Part shown: in pieces, positions 1 through 8,116 of the stretch
How positions within the stretch are numbered: position 1 is the stretch's first letter
How the letters are laid out: each line of letters begins with the position of its first letter
Assembly (NCBI GenBank): GCA_964567575.1
Contig: CAZMMZ010000010.1
Span: forward strand, 1 to 38,839
DNA from: Candidatus Undinarchaeota archaeon
Lineage (GTDB): Archaea; Undinarchaeota; Undinarchaeia; Undinarchaeales; UBA543
Length of the DNA: 38,839 nucleotides
Direction of reading: 5' to 3'
Translations under genes and position numbers: made by a program
Notes under the pieces: model-generated
The model's input: the letters and a program-made list of their open reading frames with translations, nothing else
What the model was told of the DNA's origin: nothing
Databases searched by the model: none

Positions 1-831
1 GTGCTTCACATCCCCTTTTTGATCCTCAGATGTTTTATAGATTGGTTCTTTTCCAACAGCTTCGCCAAGAGCATCAACAAGACCTTTGACAGTTATTGTT
101 TTCCCGCCACCGAGATTGTAAATCCCAAAATCTTTTGAAGATTCACCAGCTGCAATTGTTCCAGCAACAATATCATCAACAAATGTGAAGTCCCGAGATT
201 GTGAACCATCCCCAAACATTTCAAATTCTTTTCCATTCATGATTTTGTGAGTGAAAATATTTATTGCCATATCAGGTCTTTGTTTTGGGCCATAAACCGT
301 GAAGTAGCGAAGCATGTTCGCAGGGATGTTATGAGACTCGTGATAGATTTGAATAAGATTTTCGCAAATAACTTTTGTAACCCCGTAAGGAGAAATTGGA
401 TTTAATTTAGTTGATTCCTTAACTGGCAATTCTTTTGCATCACCATAAACAGAAGATGAGGATGCAAAAACAATTCTTTGCTTTTCTTTTTTGCAAGCTT
501 CAAGAATCCTTTGAGTTGCTATAATATTATTATCCATATACGATTGGAAATGATCCCAGCTGTATCGAACTCCAGCTTGCGCAGCTTCATGATAAACAAC
601 TGAAACTCCTTTAAGAAGTTTTGAAATGTCATAAGTGCACAAATTTTCCTCAATAAATTCAAAATTCTTCTGCTCTTTTAGATTTAGAAGATTATTTTCC
701 TTAATTTTACGAGGATAATAATCAGAAAAGCAGTCAATTCCAATAACATGATAATCTTTTTTGCAAAGCGCTTCAGCTAATGTCGAACCAATAAAACCAG
801 CTGCACCTGTAACTAAAACACGTTCTGCCAT
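1..831 (-). CDS. NAD-dependent epimerase/dehydratase (extended SDR, UDP-glucuronate 4-epimerase-like), truncated at window edge
   Basis: Not in the ORF track because it runs off the left edge. Manual translation from ATG at 831 gives MAERVLVTGAAGFIGS...HEAAQAGVRYS...FASSSSVYG...SPYGVTK...RYFTVYGPKQRPDMA...QKGDVKH; the stretches translated by hand stay in one frame down to base 1. Confidence 0.9.
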   Translation of the reverse strand, partial: MAERVLVTGAAGFIGSTLAEALCKKDYHVIGIDCFSDYYPRKIKENNLLNLKEQKNFEFIEENLCTYDISKLLKGVSVVYHEAAQAGVRYSWDHFQSYMDNNIIATQRILEACKKEKQRIVFASSSSVYGDAKELPVKESTKLNPISPYGVTKVICENLIQIYHESHNIPANMLRYFTVYGPKQRPDMAINIFTHKIMNGKEFEMFGDGSQSRDFTFVDDIVAGTIAAGESSKDFGIYNLGGGKTITVKGLVDALGEAVGKEPIYKTSEDQKGDVKH

Positions 832-855
832 TCTAAAAAGTATGGTTTTATGAAG

Positions 856-893
856 TTTAAATAAGTTAGGAAAGCCCACAAAACTCTTAAATG
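856..893. promoter_or_regulatory. Back-to-back archaeal-type TATA boxes of a divergent promoter
   Basis: TTTAAATA at 856-863 (read on minus) lies 24 nt before the ATG at 831. CTTAAATG at 886-893 lies 20 nt before the GTG at 914. Confidence 0.6.
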
Positions 894-913
894 GTGAAAA
901 ACCACGGTTTAGT

Positions 914-1885
914 GTGGGAGCAAAAGTTTCGATTGTAATTGCTGTAAGAAATGAAGAAAACAATTTACCGAGAGTAATTCCTACACTTGTGAAACAACAT
1001 TATCCTGTTAAAGATTTTGAAATTATTTTTATTGATGGTAAATCCAAAGATAATACTCGTGAAATTATCAAAGAGTGGAAAAAGAAATCAAAAGTGAAGA
1101 TAACTCTGCTTGACAATCCACATAAAGATTCTGGGTCAGGACGGAACATTGGAATCAACGCTGCAAAAGGAAAATACATAATGCAATTGTCCGGCCACAC
1201 GCTTGTTGATAATAATCTTTTGAAAGTTCTTGTAACTAAATTAGATAAACAACCTGAAGAAGTTGCAGGAGTTGGATGCAGGCACAAAGATCCTGCAGAT
1301 TCAACTTCATTCCAAAAAGCTGTTGGAAAAATACTCTACAGCAAAGTTGGAGGAGTTGGAACTTCGCAACAACAAGGAACTGATGATATTTTTGTTGATT
1401 CTGTATCATTTACTTGCTACAGAAAGAAAGCACTGCTTGATGTTGGTTTAAATGATTCTAAATTCAAAATCGGACAAGATGCAGAATTAAATATTAGGTT
1501 ACGGAAAAAAGGATACAAATTATTGTACACTCCGCAAACTTATGTAGAGCAATACAAACGACCAAGTTACACCGGACTTGCAAAGCAAATGTTTTGGTAT
1601 GGATACTCACGACACAAAATGCTAAGAAAACATCCAAGACAATTCAAACTACTTTACCTTGCACCAAGTGCACTCATATTATTTTTCATTGCAAGTTTGA
1701 TATTAATACAATTCACTACGTGGGCTAAACAAATATTATTTGTTGGAGGACTTGCATACAGCGCACCAATTATTTATTCCTGTACAAAACTTGGAGAAGA
1801 TACAAACGAAGGTGCTGTAATGTTTATTGGATATTTAGTTGTGCATTTCAGTTATGGATTAGGATTTTTATTTGGAATAATTTAA
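914..1885 (+). CDS. GT2 glycosyltransferase (ExoA/AglG-like) with C-terminal membrane helices
   Basis: N-terminal VSIVIAVRNEENNL, FIDGKSKDNT, GRNIGINAAKGKYI, GQDAELNIRL and a hydrophobic C-terminus. The usual DxH/DxD position reads LSGH. Confidence 0.88.
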   Translation: MGAKVSIVIAVRNEENNLPRVIPTLVKQHYPVKDFEIIFIDGKSKDNTREIIKEWKKKSKVKITLLDNPHKDSGSGRNIGINAAKGKYIMQLSGHTLVDNNLLKVLVTKLDKQPEEVAGVGCRHKDPADSTSFQKAVGKILYSKVGGVGTSQQQGTDDIFVDSVSFTCYRKKALLDVGLNDSKFKIGQDAELNIRLRKKGYKLLYTPQTYVEQYKRPSYTGLAKQMFWYGYSRHKMLRKHPRQFKLLYLAPSALILFFIASLILIQFTTWAKQILFVGGLAYSAPIIYSCTKLGEDTNEGAVMFIGYLVVHFSYGLGFLFGII

Positions 1886-3175
1886 CTACCAACACAATCC
1901 TTCATAATCAACATCTTTTCTATTTTCTAAAATATTCCTACCATCGAAAACTTTCTTTTCTTTCATTGGAGAGAAATCAACATTCTTGAATTCATCCCAT
2001 TCTGTTACAATCATGCAAAAGTCTGCATCCTTTAAAGCATCAGGAATTGAAGTAGTATAATCAATTTTATCTTTGAAAAATTCTTTTGCATTTTCAGATG
2101 CTTTTGGATCATAAGCTTGAACTTTCACACCAAGTTCTAAGAGTTTGTTTACAACAGGAATTGCGCGAGACTCGCGCATATCATCAGTTCCTGCTTTGAA
2201 AGCGAGACCAAGCACTGCTGCTGTTTTGCCTTTAAGATCTCCGAGTTTTTTCTCAACAAGTTCAACAAGAAGAAGTGGTTGTTTATCATTGAACTTCATT
2301 ACAGATTCAAGAACATCAGTATCATAATCAAGATCATTTTTTGCTTGTGTTATAATTGCTTGCACATCTTTAGGAAAACATGAGCCCCCGAATCCAAGTC
2401 CTGGGCGAAGGAAGTGTTTTGAAATTCTATGATCCATACCCATTCCTTTGGCAACTTGAGTAGTATCAATATTCAATCGCTTGCAAACATTTCCGATTTC
2501 ATTAATGAAAGAAATCTTTGTTGCAAGGAATGCATTGCTTGCATATTTTATCATTTCTGCAGTTCGCAAATTAGTTACAAGGAATTGCTTATCTTTAGTT
2601 TCATGAATTTGTTTTGCAACTTTCTTTGAAGCTTCATCCAAAGCTCCAATAATAACACGATCAGGATTTAAGAAATCCTCAACTGCGCGACCTTCTCTGA
2701 GGAATTCAGGAGTCATACAAACTCCAAAATCTGCACCAGCTTTCTTTCCAGATTCTTTTTCAAGAATTGGTATGAGCACATCTTCAGTTGTTCCAGGAAG
2801 AACTGTGCTCTTCATAATTACAACATGATAATCAGATTTTTCTTTAAGAGATTCTCCAATAGATTTTCCAGCGCTTTTAATGTAAGACAAATCAATAGAA
2901 CCGTCATCCTTCGTTGGTGTGCCAACGCAGATGAATGTGAGTTCAGAATCAAGAACAGATTTCTTTAAATCAAGAGTTGCAGTGAATTTCTTTTTTGCTA
3001 GAACTTTTTTCAAAAGTTCATCAAGACCTTCTTCATAAATTGGGGATTCGCCCTTATTGATTTGATCAACTTTTTCTTGAATAACATCAACGCAAGTGAC
3101 TTCATGGCCCTTGCTAGCAAGACCTACTCCGGTGATTAGACCAACGTAACCTGTACCAACTACACTAATTCTCAT
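1886..3175 (-). CDS. ugd: UDP-glucose/GDP-mannose 6-dehydrogenase
   Basis: GTGYVG Rossmann motif, FICVGTP, KSTVLPGT, PEFLREG, KYASNAFLATKISF, catalytic GFGGSCFPKD, GLAFKAGTDDMRES. Confidence 0.95.
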   Translation of the reverse strand: MRISVVGTGYVGLITGVGLASKGHEVTCVDVIQEKVDQINKGESPIYEEGLDELLKKVLAKKKFTATLDLKKSVLDSELTFICVGTPTKDDGSIDLSYIKSAGKSIGESLKEKSDYHVVIMKSTVLPGTTEDVLIPILEKESGKKAGADFGVCMTPEFLREGRAVEDFLNPDRVIIGALDEASKKVAKQIHETKDKQFLVTNLRTAEMIKYASNAFLATKISFINEIGNVCKRLNIDTTQVAKGMGMDHRISKHFLRPGLGFGGSCFPKDVQAIITQAKNDLDYDTDVLESVMKFNDKQPLLLVELVEKKLGDLKGKTAAVLGLAFKAGTDDMRESRAIPVVNKLLELGVKVQAYDPKASENAKEFFKDKIDYTTSIPDALKDADFCMIVTEWDEFKNVDFSPMKEKKVFDGRNILENRKDVDYEGLCW

Positions 3176-3198
3176 GAAAAGAAAACAGCTTGATAACT

Positions 3199-3206
3199 CT
3201 TAAATA
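3199..3206. promoter_or_regulatory. Single TATA-like element centred between two divergent start codons
   Basis: CTTAAATA on plus is 22 nt before ATG 3229. The same bases read TATTTAAG on minus, 23 nt before ATG 3175. Confidence 0.6.
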
Positions 3207-3228
3207 CTTTCTGAAGGAAGCTTCGAAC

Positions 3229-4077
3229 ATGAGCTCATTGCTTCCAGAAAATTATGATTGGGGAATTTGTATCACCCATGATGTAGATCATCTTAGCCAT
3301 AACGAGCACAGTTTATGGGAAATCCTAAAATTCCAAGCAGTTTGCAAAATTGAAACATTTAGATTCAAAAGAAGTCTTTTGAGTTTCATGAAAGTTATAA
3401 AAAATTCTATATTCACAAAAAATGATTCCTGGGATTGTATTGAAGAAATGATAGAATTGGATTTCAAATATGCAATACCAAGCACTTTCTTTTTCGCTAT
3501 GCACCCAGGTCGTGGATTAAAATACACACGCGAACAAGCACGTGAGAAAATAAAGAAAATGCCTGCGAATTTTGAAATTGGAGTGCATGGACAATTTCCA
3601 AACAATGAAGCAGAAATCAAAAACGAATTTGCTGATTTGTACAATATGATTTCAAGACAACCTCGCGGAATTCGAATGCATTATCTGAAAACAAGTGAAA
3701 ACATGCGAGAGTATCTCAAGAATGCTGGTTATACTTACGACTCAACAGAATTTGACAAAAGCGGAGAATTGAAACAGGCTTACAAAACAAAAGAAGGTCT
3801 TGTGGAAATTCCAATTCATTTAATGGACACTTACATGTTCAGCCCATTCTATGATAATCTATCTGTTAAAAAAGCAAAAGCAAAAATGGAAGAATTTATT
3901 GCAAACGCGAAAGCAGAACACAAGATAATCAACATTATAATTCATCAACGATCAATTTCAGAAGACTTGCCACGCCAAAAAGAATTCTATGAATGGTTGG
4001 TTCAGAAAGTTTCTGATGATGTAAAATGCTGGAAAACTAGCTGCAAAGGAATTGCAGATAAATTAAATGGAAATTAA
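3229..4077 (+). CDS. Polysaccharide deacetylase-fold (NodB/CE4-like) protein
   Basis: ITHDVDH motif, STFFF, EIGVHG, RGIRMHYL, YDST, VEIP..LMD. Start moved from the track's TTG 3190 to ATG 3229 to fit the TATA spacing. Confidence 0.75.
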   Translation: MSSLLPENYDWGICITHDVDHLSHNEHSLWEILKFQAVCKIETFRFKRSLLSFMKVIKNSIFTKNDSWDCIEEMIELDFKYAIPSTFFFAMHPGRGLKYTREQAREKIKKMPANFEIGVHGQFPNNEAEIKNEFADLYNMISRQPRGIRMHYLKTSENMREYLKNAGYTYDSTEFDKSGELKQAYKTKEGLVEIPIHLMDTYMFSPFYDNLSVKKAKAKMEEFIANAKAEHKIINIIIHQRSISEDLPRQKEFYEWLVQKVSDDVKCWKTSCKGIADKLNGN

Positions 4078-5020
4078 AACTCTTGAGGAATCAAAAACAA
4101 TTTTAGAAGAATACGCACAGCTAGAAAATTCCACACCATTTCATTCTTATGAATGGTTAAAGTCCCTTGAAAAGAATCTAGGAACACCATGCAGCATTGC
4201 TGTTTTGGACAATGCAATTTGTCCATTGTTCAAAAAGAAAATGGGACCAGCTAAAATAAATTTCTCCCCAATCTTCGGAACTGAGACTGCATATATGGGA
4301 ATTATTTCAAAAGATGAAAACATTGATGGAAAATTAAAAGAATTGAAAAAAGATGGGAATTTTTTTATGATTCTTCCACCAGGAATTAACACAAATTTTG
4401 GAAAATTGGAAAAAGCTCAAACAATTATTACAAAATTCGACAAAGAAAGTTCTGAAGAGCATTTCAAATTAATTACAAAAGGTCATCGTTACTGCGTGAA
4501 CAAAGCAATCAAAGAAGGAGTAACAATTGAAGAAGATTATTCTGATGAAGCAATTGAGGAATACTTTGAACTTTTGAAAACAACATACGAATCAAATGGT
4601 TACACACCTTTACCAAAAGAATTCTACAAAGATATTATTCAAGGACTTCATTCTAAAAATAAAATAAAACTTTTACTAGCAAAACACAATGGGAAAACAA
4701 TAGGCTGCGCTGCATTCCCATACTCTGGTAAAAAGATCTATTACTGGACTGGCGCTTCACTTAAAGGAGAATATTCAAACTTGTATCCAAACAATGCAAT
4801 TCAATGGCACTTAATCAAATGGGCTTATGAAAATGGATTCAAAGAGTATGACATGCTCGGAGCAGGTATTGAAGGCATTCGAAAGTTCAAACTTGGTTGG
4901 GGTGGAGAAATTGTTGATTACACCCGCATTTATTCTAGTGGTTCATTGAAATTCGCTGCAACCATGTATTCAAAAATCGGAAGCGGGTTAAAGAGTAAAA
5001 TACGCTCTGGAATAAGATAG
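4067..5020 (+). CDS. FemAB/BioF2-like GNAT-fold protein
   Basis: RYCVNKAIKEGV, YYWTGAS, YPNNAIQWHLIKWAYENGFKEYDMLG, GIRKFKLGWGG, typical of FemAB-related GNAT domains. Confidence 0.8.
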   Translation: MEIKTLEESKTILEEYAQLENSTPFHSYEWLKSLEKNLGTPCSIAVLDNAICPLFKKKMGPAKINFSPIFGTETAYMGIISKDENIDGKLKELKKDGNFFMILPPGINTNFGKLEKAQTIITKFDKESSEEHFKLITKGHRYCVNKAIKEGVTIEEDYSDEAIEEYFELLKTTYESNGYTPLPKEFYKDIIQGLHSKNKIKLLLAKHNGKTIGCAAFPYSGKKIYYWTGASLKGEYSNLYPNNAIQWHLIKWAYENGFKEYDMLGAGIEGIRKFKLGWGGEIVDYTRIYSSGSLKFAATMYSKIGSGLKSKIRSGIR

Positions 5021-5037
5021 TTTTAGATTTCATTAAC

Positions 5038-5067
5038 TTTAAATAACAAATTTTTGAGTTTTTTAGT
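5038..5067 (+). promoter_or_regulatory. TATA box and 22-nt spacer before gmhA
   Basis: TTTAAATA at 5038-5045, then 22 nt, then ATG 5068. The spacer is nearly identical to the one at 21320-21341. Confidence 0.65.
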
Positions 5068-5616
5068 ATGACAATAGAAGAGCACGCTGAAAAACTATCA
5101 AATCTAGCTAAAGAAGCTGTTGGACTGAAAGAACCGATTATGAAAACTGTTGAGATGATAAAAGAAGCACTAGCAAGCGGGAACAAAGTATTATCCTGTG
5201 GAAATGGTGGAAGTGCTTCAGATTCAGATCATTTTATAGGCGAACTTGTTTGCAAGTTCAGAAAAGATCGCGCTCCTCTTGCAGGAATTTCACTTAATTC
5301 TAACACTGCTGTAATAACAGCAATTGCAAATGATTATGGATATGACAAAGTTTTCGCACGGCAAGTTGAAGCTCTTGGAAAATCAGGAGATGTTTTAATT
5401 GTTATTAGCACAAGCGGAACTTCAGAAAATGTTGTTAAGGCAGCGCAGAAAGCAAAAGAACTCGGAATAAAAACAATTGCACTCACAGGAAATGTAGGAA
5501 CACTAGCTGGAGAATGTGATCACAGTATCGCGATTTCAAGCGACGATGTTCCACGAATTCAAGAATTACATGCATTTACATTGCATGAAATTTGCGAGGC
5601 ACTGGATGAAAACTGA
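5068..5616 (+). CDS. gmhA: Phosphoheptose (sedoheptulose-7-phosphate) isomerase
   Basis: CGNGGSASDSDHFIGEL, TAIANDYGYDKVFARQVEALG, ISTSG, RIQELH...H. Confidence 0.93.
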   Translation: MTIEEHAEKLSNLAKEAVGLKEPIMKTVEMIKEALASGNKVLSCGNGGSASDSDHFIGELVCKFRKDRAPLAGISLNSNTAVITAIANDYGYDKVFARQVEALGKSGDVLIVISTSGTSENVVKAAQKAKELGIKTIALTGNVGTLAGECDHSIAISSDDVPRIQELHAFTLHEICEALDEN

Positions 5617-6514
5617 AGATGTTAATGTTTTGATTATTGGAGATTTAATGCTAGACCGTTATTTAATTGGAGATAATTCTAGAATGTCTCCTGAAGCCCC
5701 AGTTCCAGTTATTAAGAAAGAAGATACAAAAGATGTTCTTGGTGGCGCAGCGAATGTTGCAAAGAATATTGTTGAACTTGGAGCAAATGCAGAAATTATT
5801 GGAGTTATTGGAAATGAAGAAGAAGGAAATGCTTTGAAAAAACTTGCAGACAAAGCTGGAATCAAAACAGATGCAATAATTATTGACAATAACAGACCAA
5901 CAACTGTGAAAAACCGAATTGTCACAAAATCTTTCCAGCAACTTTTAAGAATTGATTCTGAATACACAGAAAGTATCACACCCGCTGATGAAGAAAAGAT
6001 AATCAACACAATTAATGAGAAAGCAAAAGACGTTAGCATCATAGTGCTTTCAGACTATGCAAAAGGTGTTATTACAAAAAATATTGTTGAAGCTGCAAAA
6101 CAAACTGGAAAGAAAGTTCTTGTTGATCCTAAACCAAGTAATGCTGAGCTTTTCAAAGGTGTTGAAATTATTACTCCTAATTTAAAAGAATCGCAAGAAA
6201 TTGTTAAGAGTGATGGTGCACCTGAAGAAATCGGAAAGAAATTAGCAGAACAACTTGAATGTAAAGTTCTGATGACAATGGGAGCTGAAGGAATGATGTT
6301 AATTTCTGATAAAGTTGAGCACATCCCTATTGAAGCAAAAGAAATTTTTGATGTAACGGGTGCAGGAGATACTGTAATCGCTGTATTGAGTGTGGCGCTT
6401 GCTTCTGGTCTTAATGAATTAGAATCAGCTAAGATTGCAAACAAAGCTGCAGGAATTGTAATTGGAAAACGTCGCGTTAATGAAATTAATTTGAAGGAGG
6501 AATTAGGATTATGA
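5606..6514 (+). CDS. hldA: D-glycero-beta-D-manno-heptose-7-phosphate kinase (HldE/RfaE domain I, PfkB family)
   Basis: [58 protein letters not shown]. Likely start is ATG 5606, overlapping the gmhA end; the track's 5516 start is an upstream extension. Confidence 0.9.
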   Translation: MKTEDVNVLIIGDLMLDRYLIGDNSRMSPEAPVPVIKKEDTKDVLGGAANVAKNIVELGANAEIIGVIGNEEEGNALKKLADKAGIKTDAIIIDNNRPTTVKNRIVTKSFQQLLRIDSEYTESITPADEEKIINTINEKAKDVSIIVLSDYAKGVITKNIVEAAKQTGKKVLVDPKPSNAELFKGVEIITPNLKESQEIVKSDGAPEEIGKKLAEQLECKVLMTMGAEGMMLISDKVEHIPIEAKEIFDVTGAGDTVIAVLSVALASGLNELESAKIANKAAGIVIGKRRVNEINLKEELGL

Positions 6515-6969
6515 AAATCCTTTCACGCGACGAAGCAAAAACAAAAATCGCAGAACTGAAAAGTTCTGGAAAGAAAATTGTTTTCACAAACGGTTGTTTT
6601 GATATTTTACATATCGGACATATTCGTTATTTGAAAGAAGCTAAAGCTCTTGGAGATGTTTTAATTATTGGACTTAATTCTGATGAATCGGTTAAGAAAT
6701 TAAAAGGAGAAGGACGTCCAGTACAATCTGAACAAGAACGAGCAGAAATTCTATCTGCTCTTGAAGTAATTGATTATGTTGTAATATTTAATGAAGATAC
6801 CCCAAAAGAAATCATACTTGAATTAAAACCAGACATCCAAGCAAAAGGCGGGGATTACAAAGAAGATGAAATCCCTGAGAAAGAAGCTCTGGAAAGTTAT
6901 GGTGGAGAACTCAGAATCTTGTCAAAAGTTGATTGTGATTCAACAACAGAATTAATTTCAAAACTTTAA
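6511..6969 (+). CDS. hldC: Heptose-1-phosphate nucleotidyltransferase (HldE/RfaE domain II)
   Basis: [18 protein letters not shown] (HxGH), [20 protein letters not shown]-terminal STT. Confidence 0.93.
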   Translation: MKILSRDEAKTKIAELKSSGKKIVFTNGCFDILHIGHIRYLKEAKALGDVLIIGLNSDESVKKLKGEGRPVQSEQERAEILSALEVIDYVVIFNEDTPKEIILELKPDIQAKGGDYKEDEIPEKEALESYGGELRILSKVDCDSTTELISKL

Positions 6970-6970
6970 A

Positions 6971-8116
6971 ATGTCTAAATTAAAAATCCCAATTCATATT
7001 AGAATATTTGATTTTATTTTTGGGATTAAAGCAAAAGCGTGGGATTTGATTTTCGCTAACCACAAGCCGATTTTCGGACCGTTCCAAAACATTCTTGTAA
7101 TAAATTTAATGGGACTGGGAAATATGATATTCTCAATTCCATTAATGAAAACTTTGAGAAAGAATTACCCAGAAGCTCGAATAACTTTGCTTGCATCTTA
7201 TGCACCAGTGAAAGAATTAATGGCAGAGCACAAAGATCTTGTAGACAATATTATTTTCTTCAACTCAGACGAGCACAAAGGACTTTTCAAAAAAAAGAGA
7301 TTTATGAAAAATCTTGGGAAAAGAAAATTCGATCTTTCAGTTCTGACTTATCCAAGTGGAAAATTCAGTGGAATTGCTGCTTGGTTTATTGGAGCTAAAA
7401 AACGAATTGCTGTTGAACAGAAAATCGGATTGTTCAAAACAGGTGTACTAGCAACGAGCATTGTTAGGTCTAATAGCAAACATTGTGTTGATGTGAATCT
7501 CGATATAATGAAAGCACTTCATGCAAAAGATATTGACAATAGTATTGCTTTGAATGTTCCAGAAGAATCTGTAAAGAATGCAAACGAGTTATTGAAACAA
7601 CGTGGATGGTTGAGTGGTCAGAAACTAATTGGAGTTCATACAGGATCAGTACCAGAGACCTGGTACAAACAATGGAACCAACATGGTTTTGCTGAAGCTT
7701 GCACAACTCTTGCAAAAAAGCACAATGCAAAGATTATGATTGTTGGTGGACCAGATGAACTTCGCGCTGGTGAAAGCATTCACGCAATGATGAATGAGAA
7801 ACCAATTATGTTCTTTAATAAAACAATTCCTGAAACAGCTGCACTGATTAAGAATTGTAATGTTTTCATAAGCACAGATACAGGGCCGGGGCATATGGCT
7901 TCTGCATTAGGAATCCCAGTTGTTAGTATCTTTGGACCAACTGATTCAGAGAAAGCAAAACCATATGGGAAAAATGTTATTGTTGTGCAAAGTAAATTGG
8001 AATGTGTTCCTTGTATTGATTCATTTACAGCGAATTATTTTAAATGCAAAGAAAGAAAATGCCTTGTTGAATTAGAACCTGAGAAAATTGTTGAAGCTGT
8101 TGAGAAAATGATTTAA
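6971..8116 (+). CDS. GT9 family glycosyltransferase (ADP-heptose-dependent heptosyltransferase-like)
   Basis: GLGNMIFSIPLMKTLRKNYPEARITLL, KQWNQHGF, TDTGPGHMASALGIPVVSIFGPT, C-terminal CVPC...C. Confidence 0.88.
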   Translation: MSKLKIPIHIRIFDFIFGIKAKAWDLIFANHKPIFGPFQNILVINLMGLGNMIFSIPLMKTLRKNYPEARITLLASYAPVKELMAEHKDLVDNIIFFNSDEHKGLFKKKRFMKNLGKRKFDLSVLTYPSGKFSGIAAWFIGAKKRIAVEQKIGLFKTGVLATSIVRSNSKHCVDVNLDIMKALHAKDIDNSIALNVPEESVKNANELLKQRGWLSGQKLIGVHTGSVPETWYKQWNQHGFAEACTTLAKKHNAKIMIVGGPDELRAGESIHAMMNEKPIMFFNKTIPETAALIKNCNVFISTDTGPGHMASALGIPVVSIFGPTDSEKAKPYGKNVIVVQSKLECVPCIDSFTANYFKCKERKCLVELEPEKIVEAVEKMI

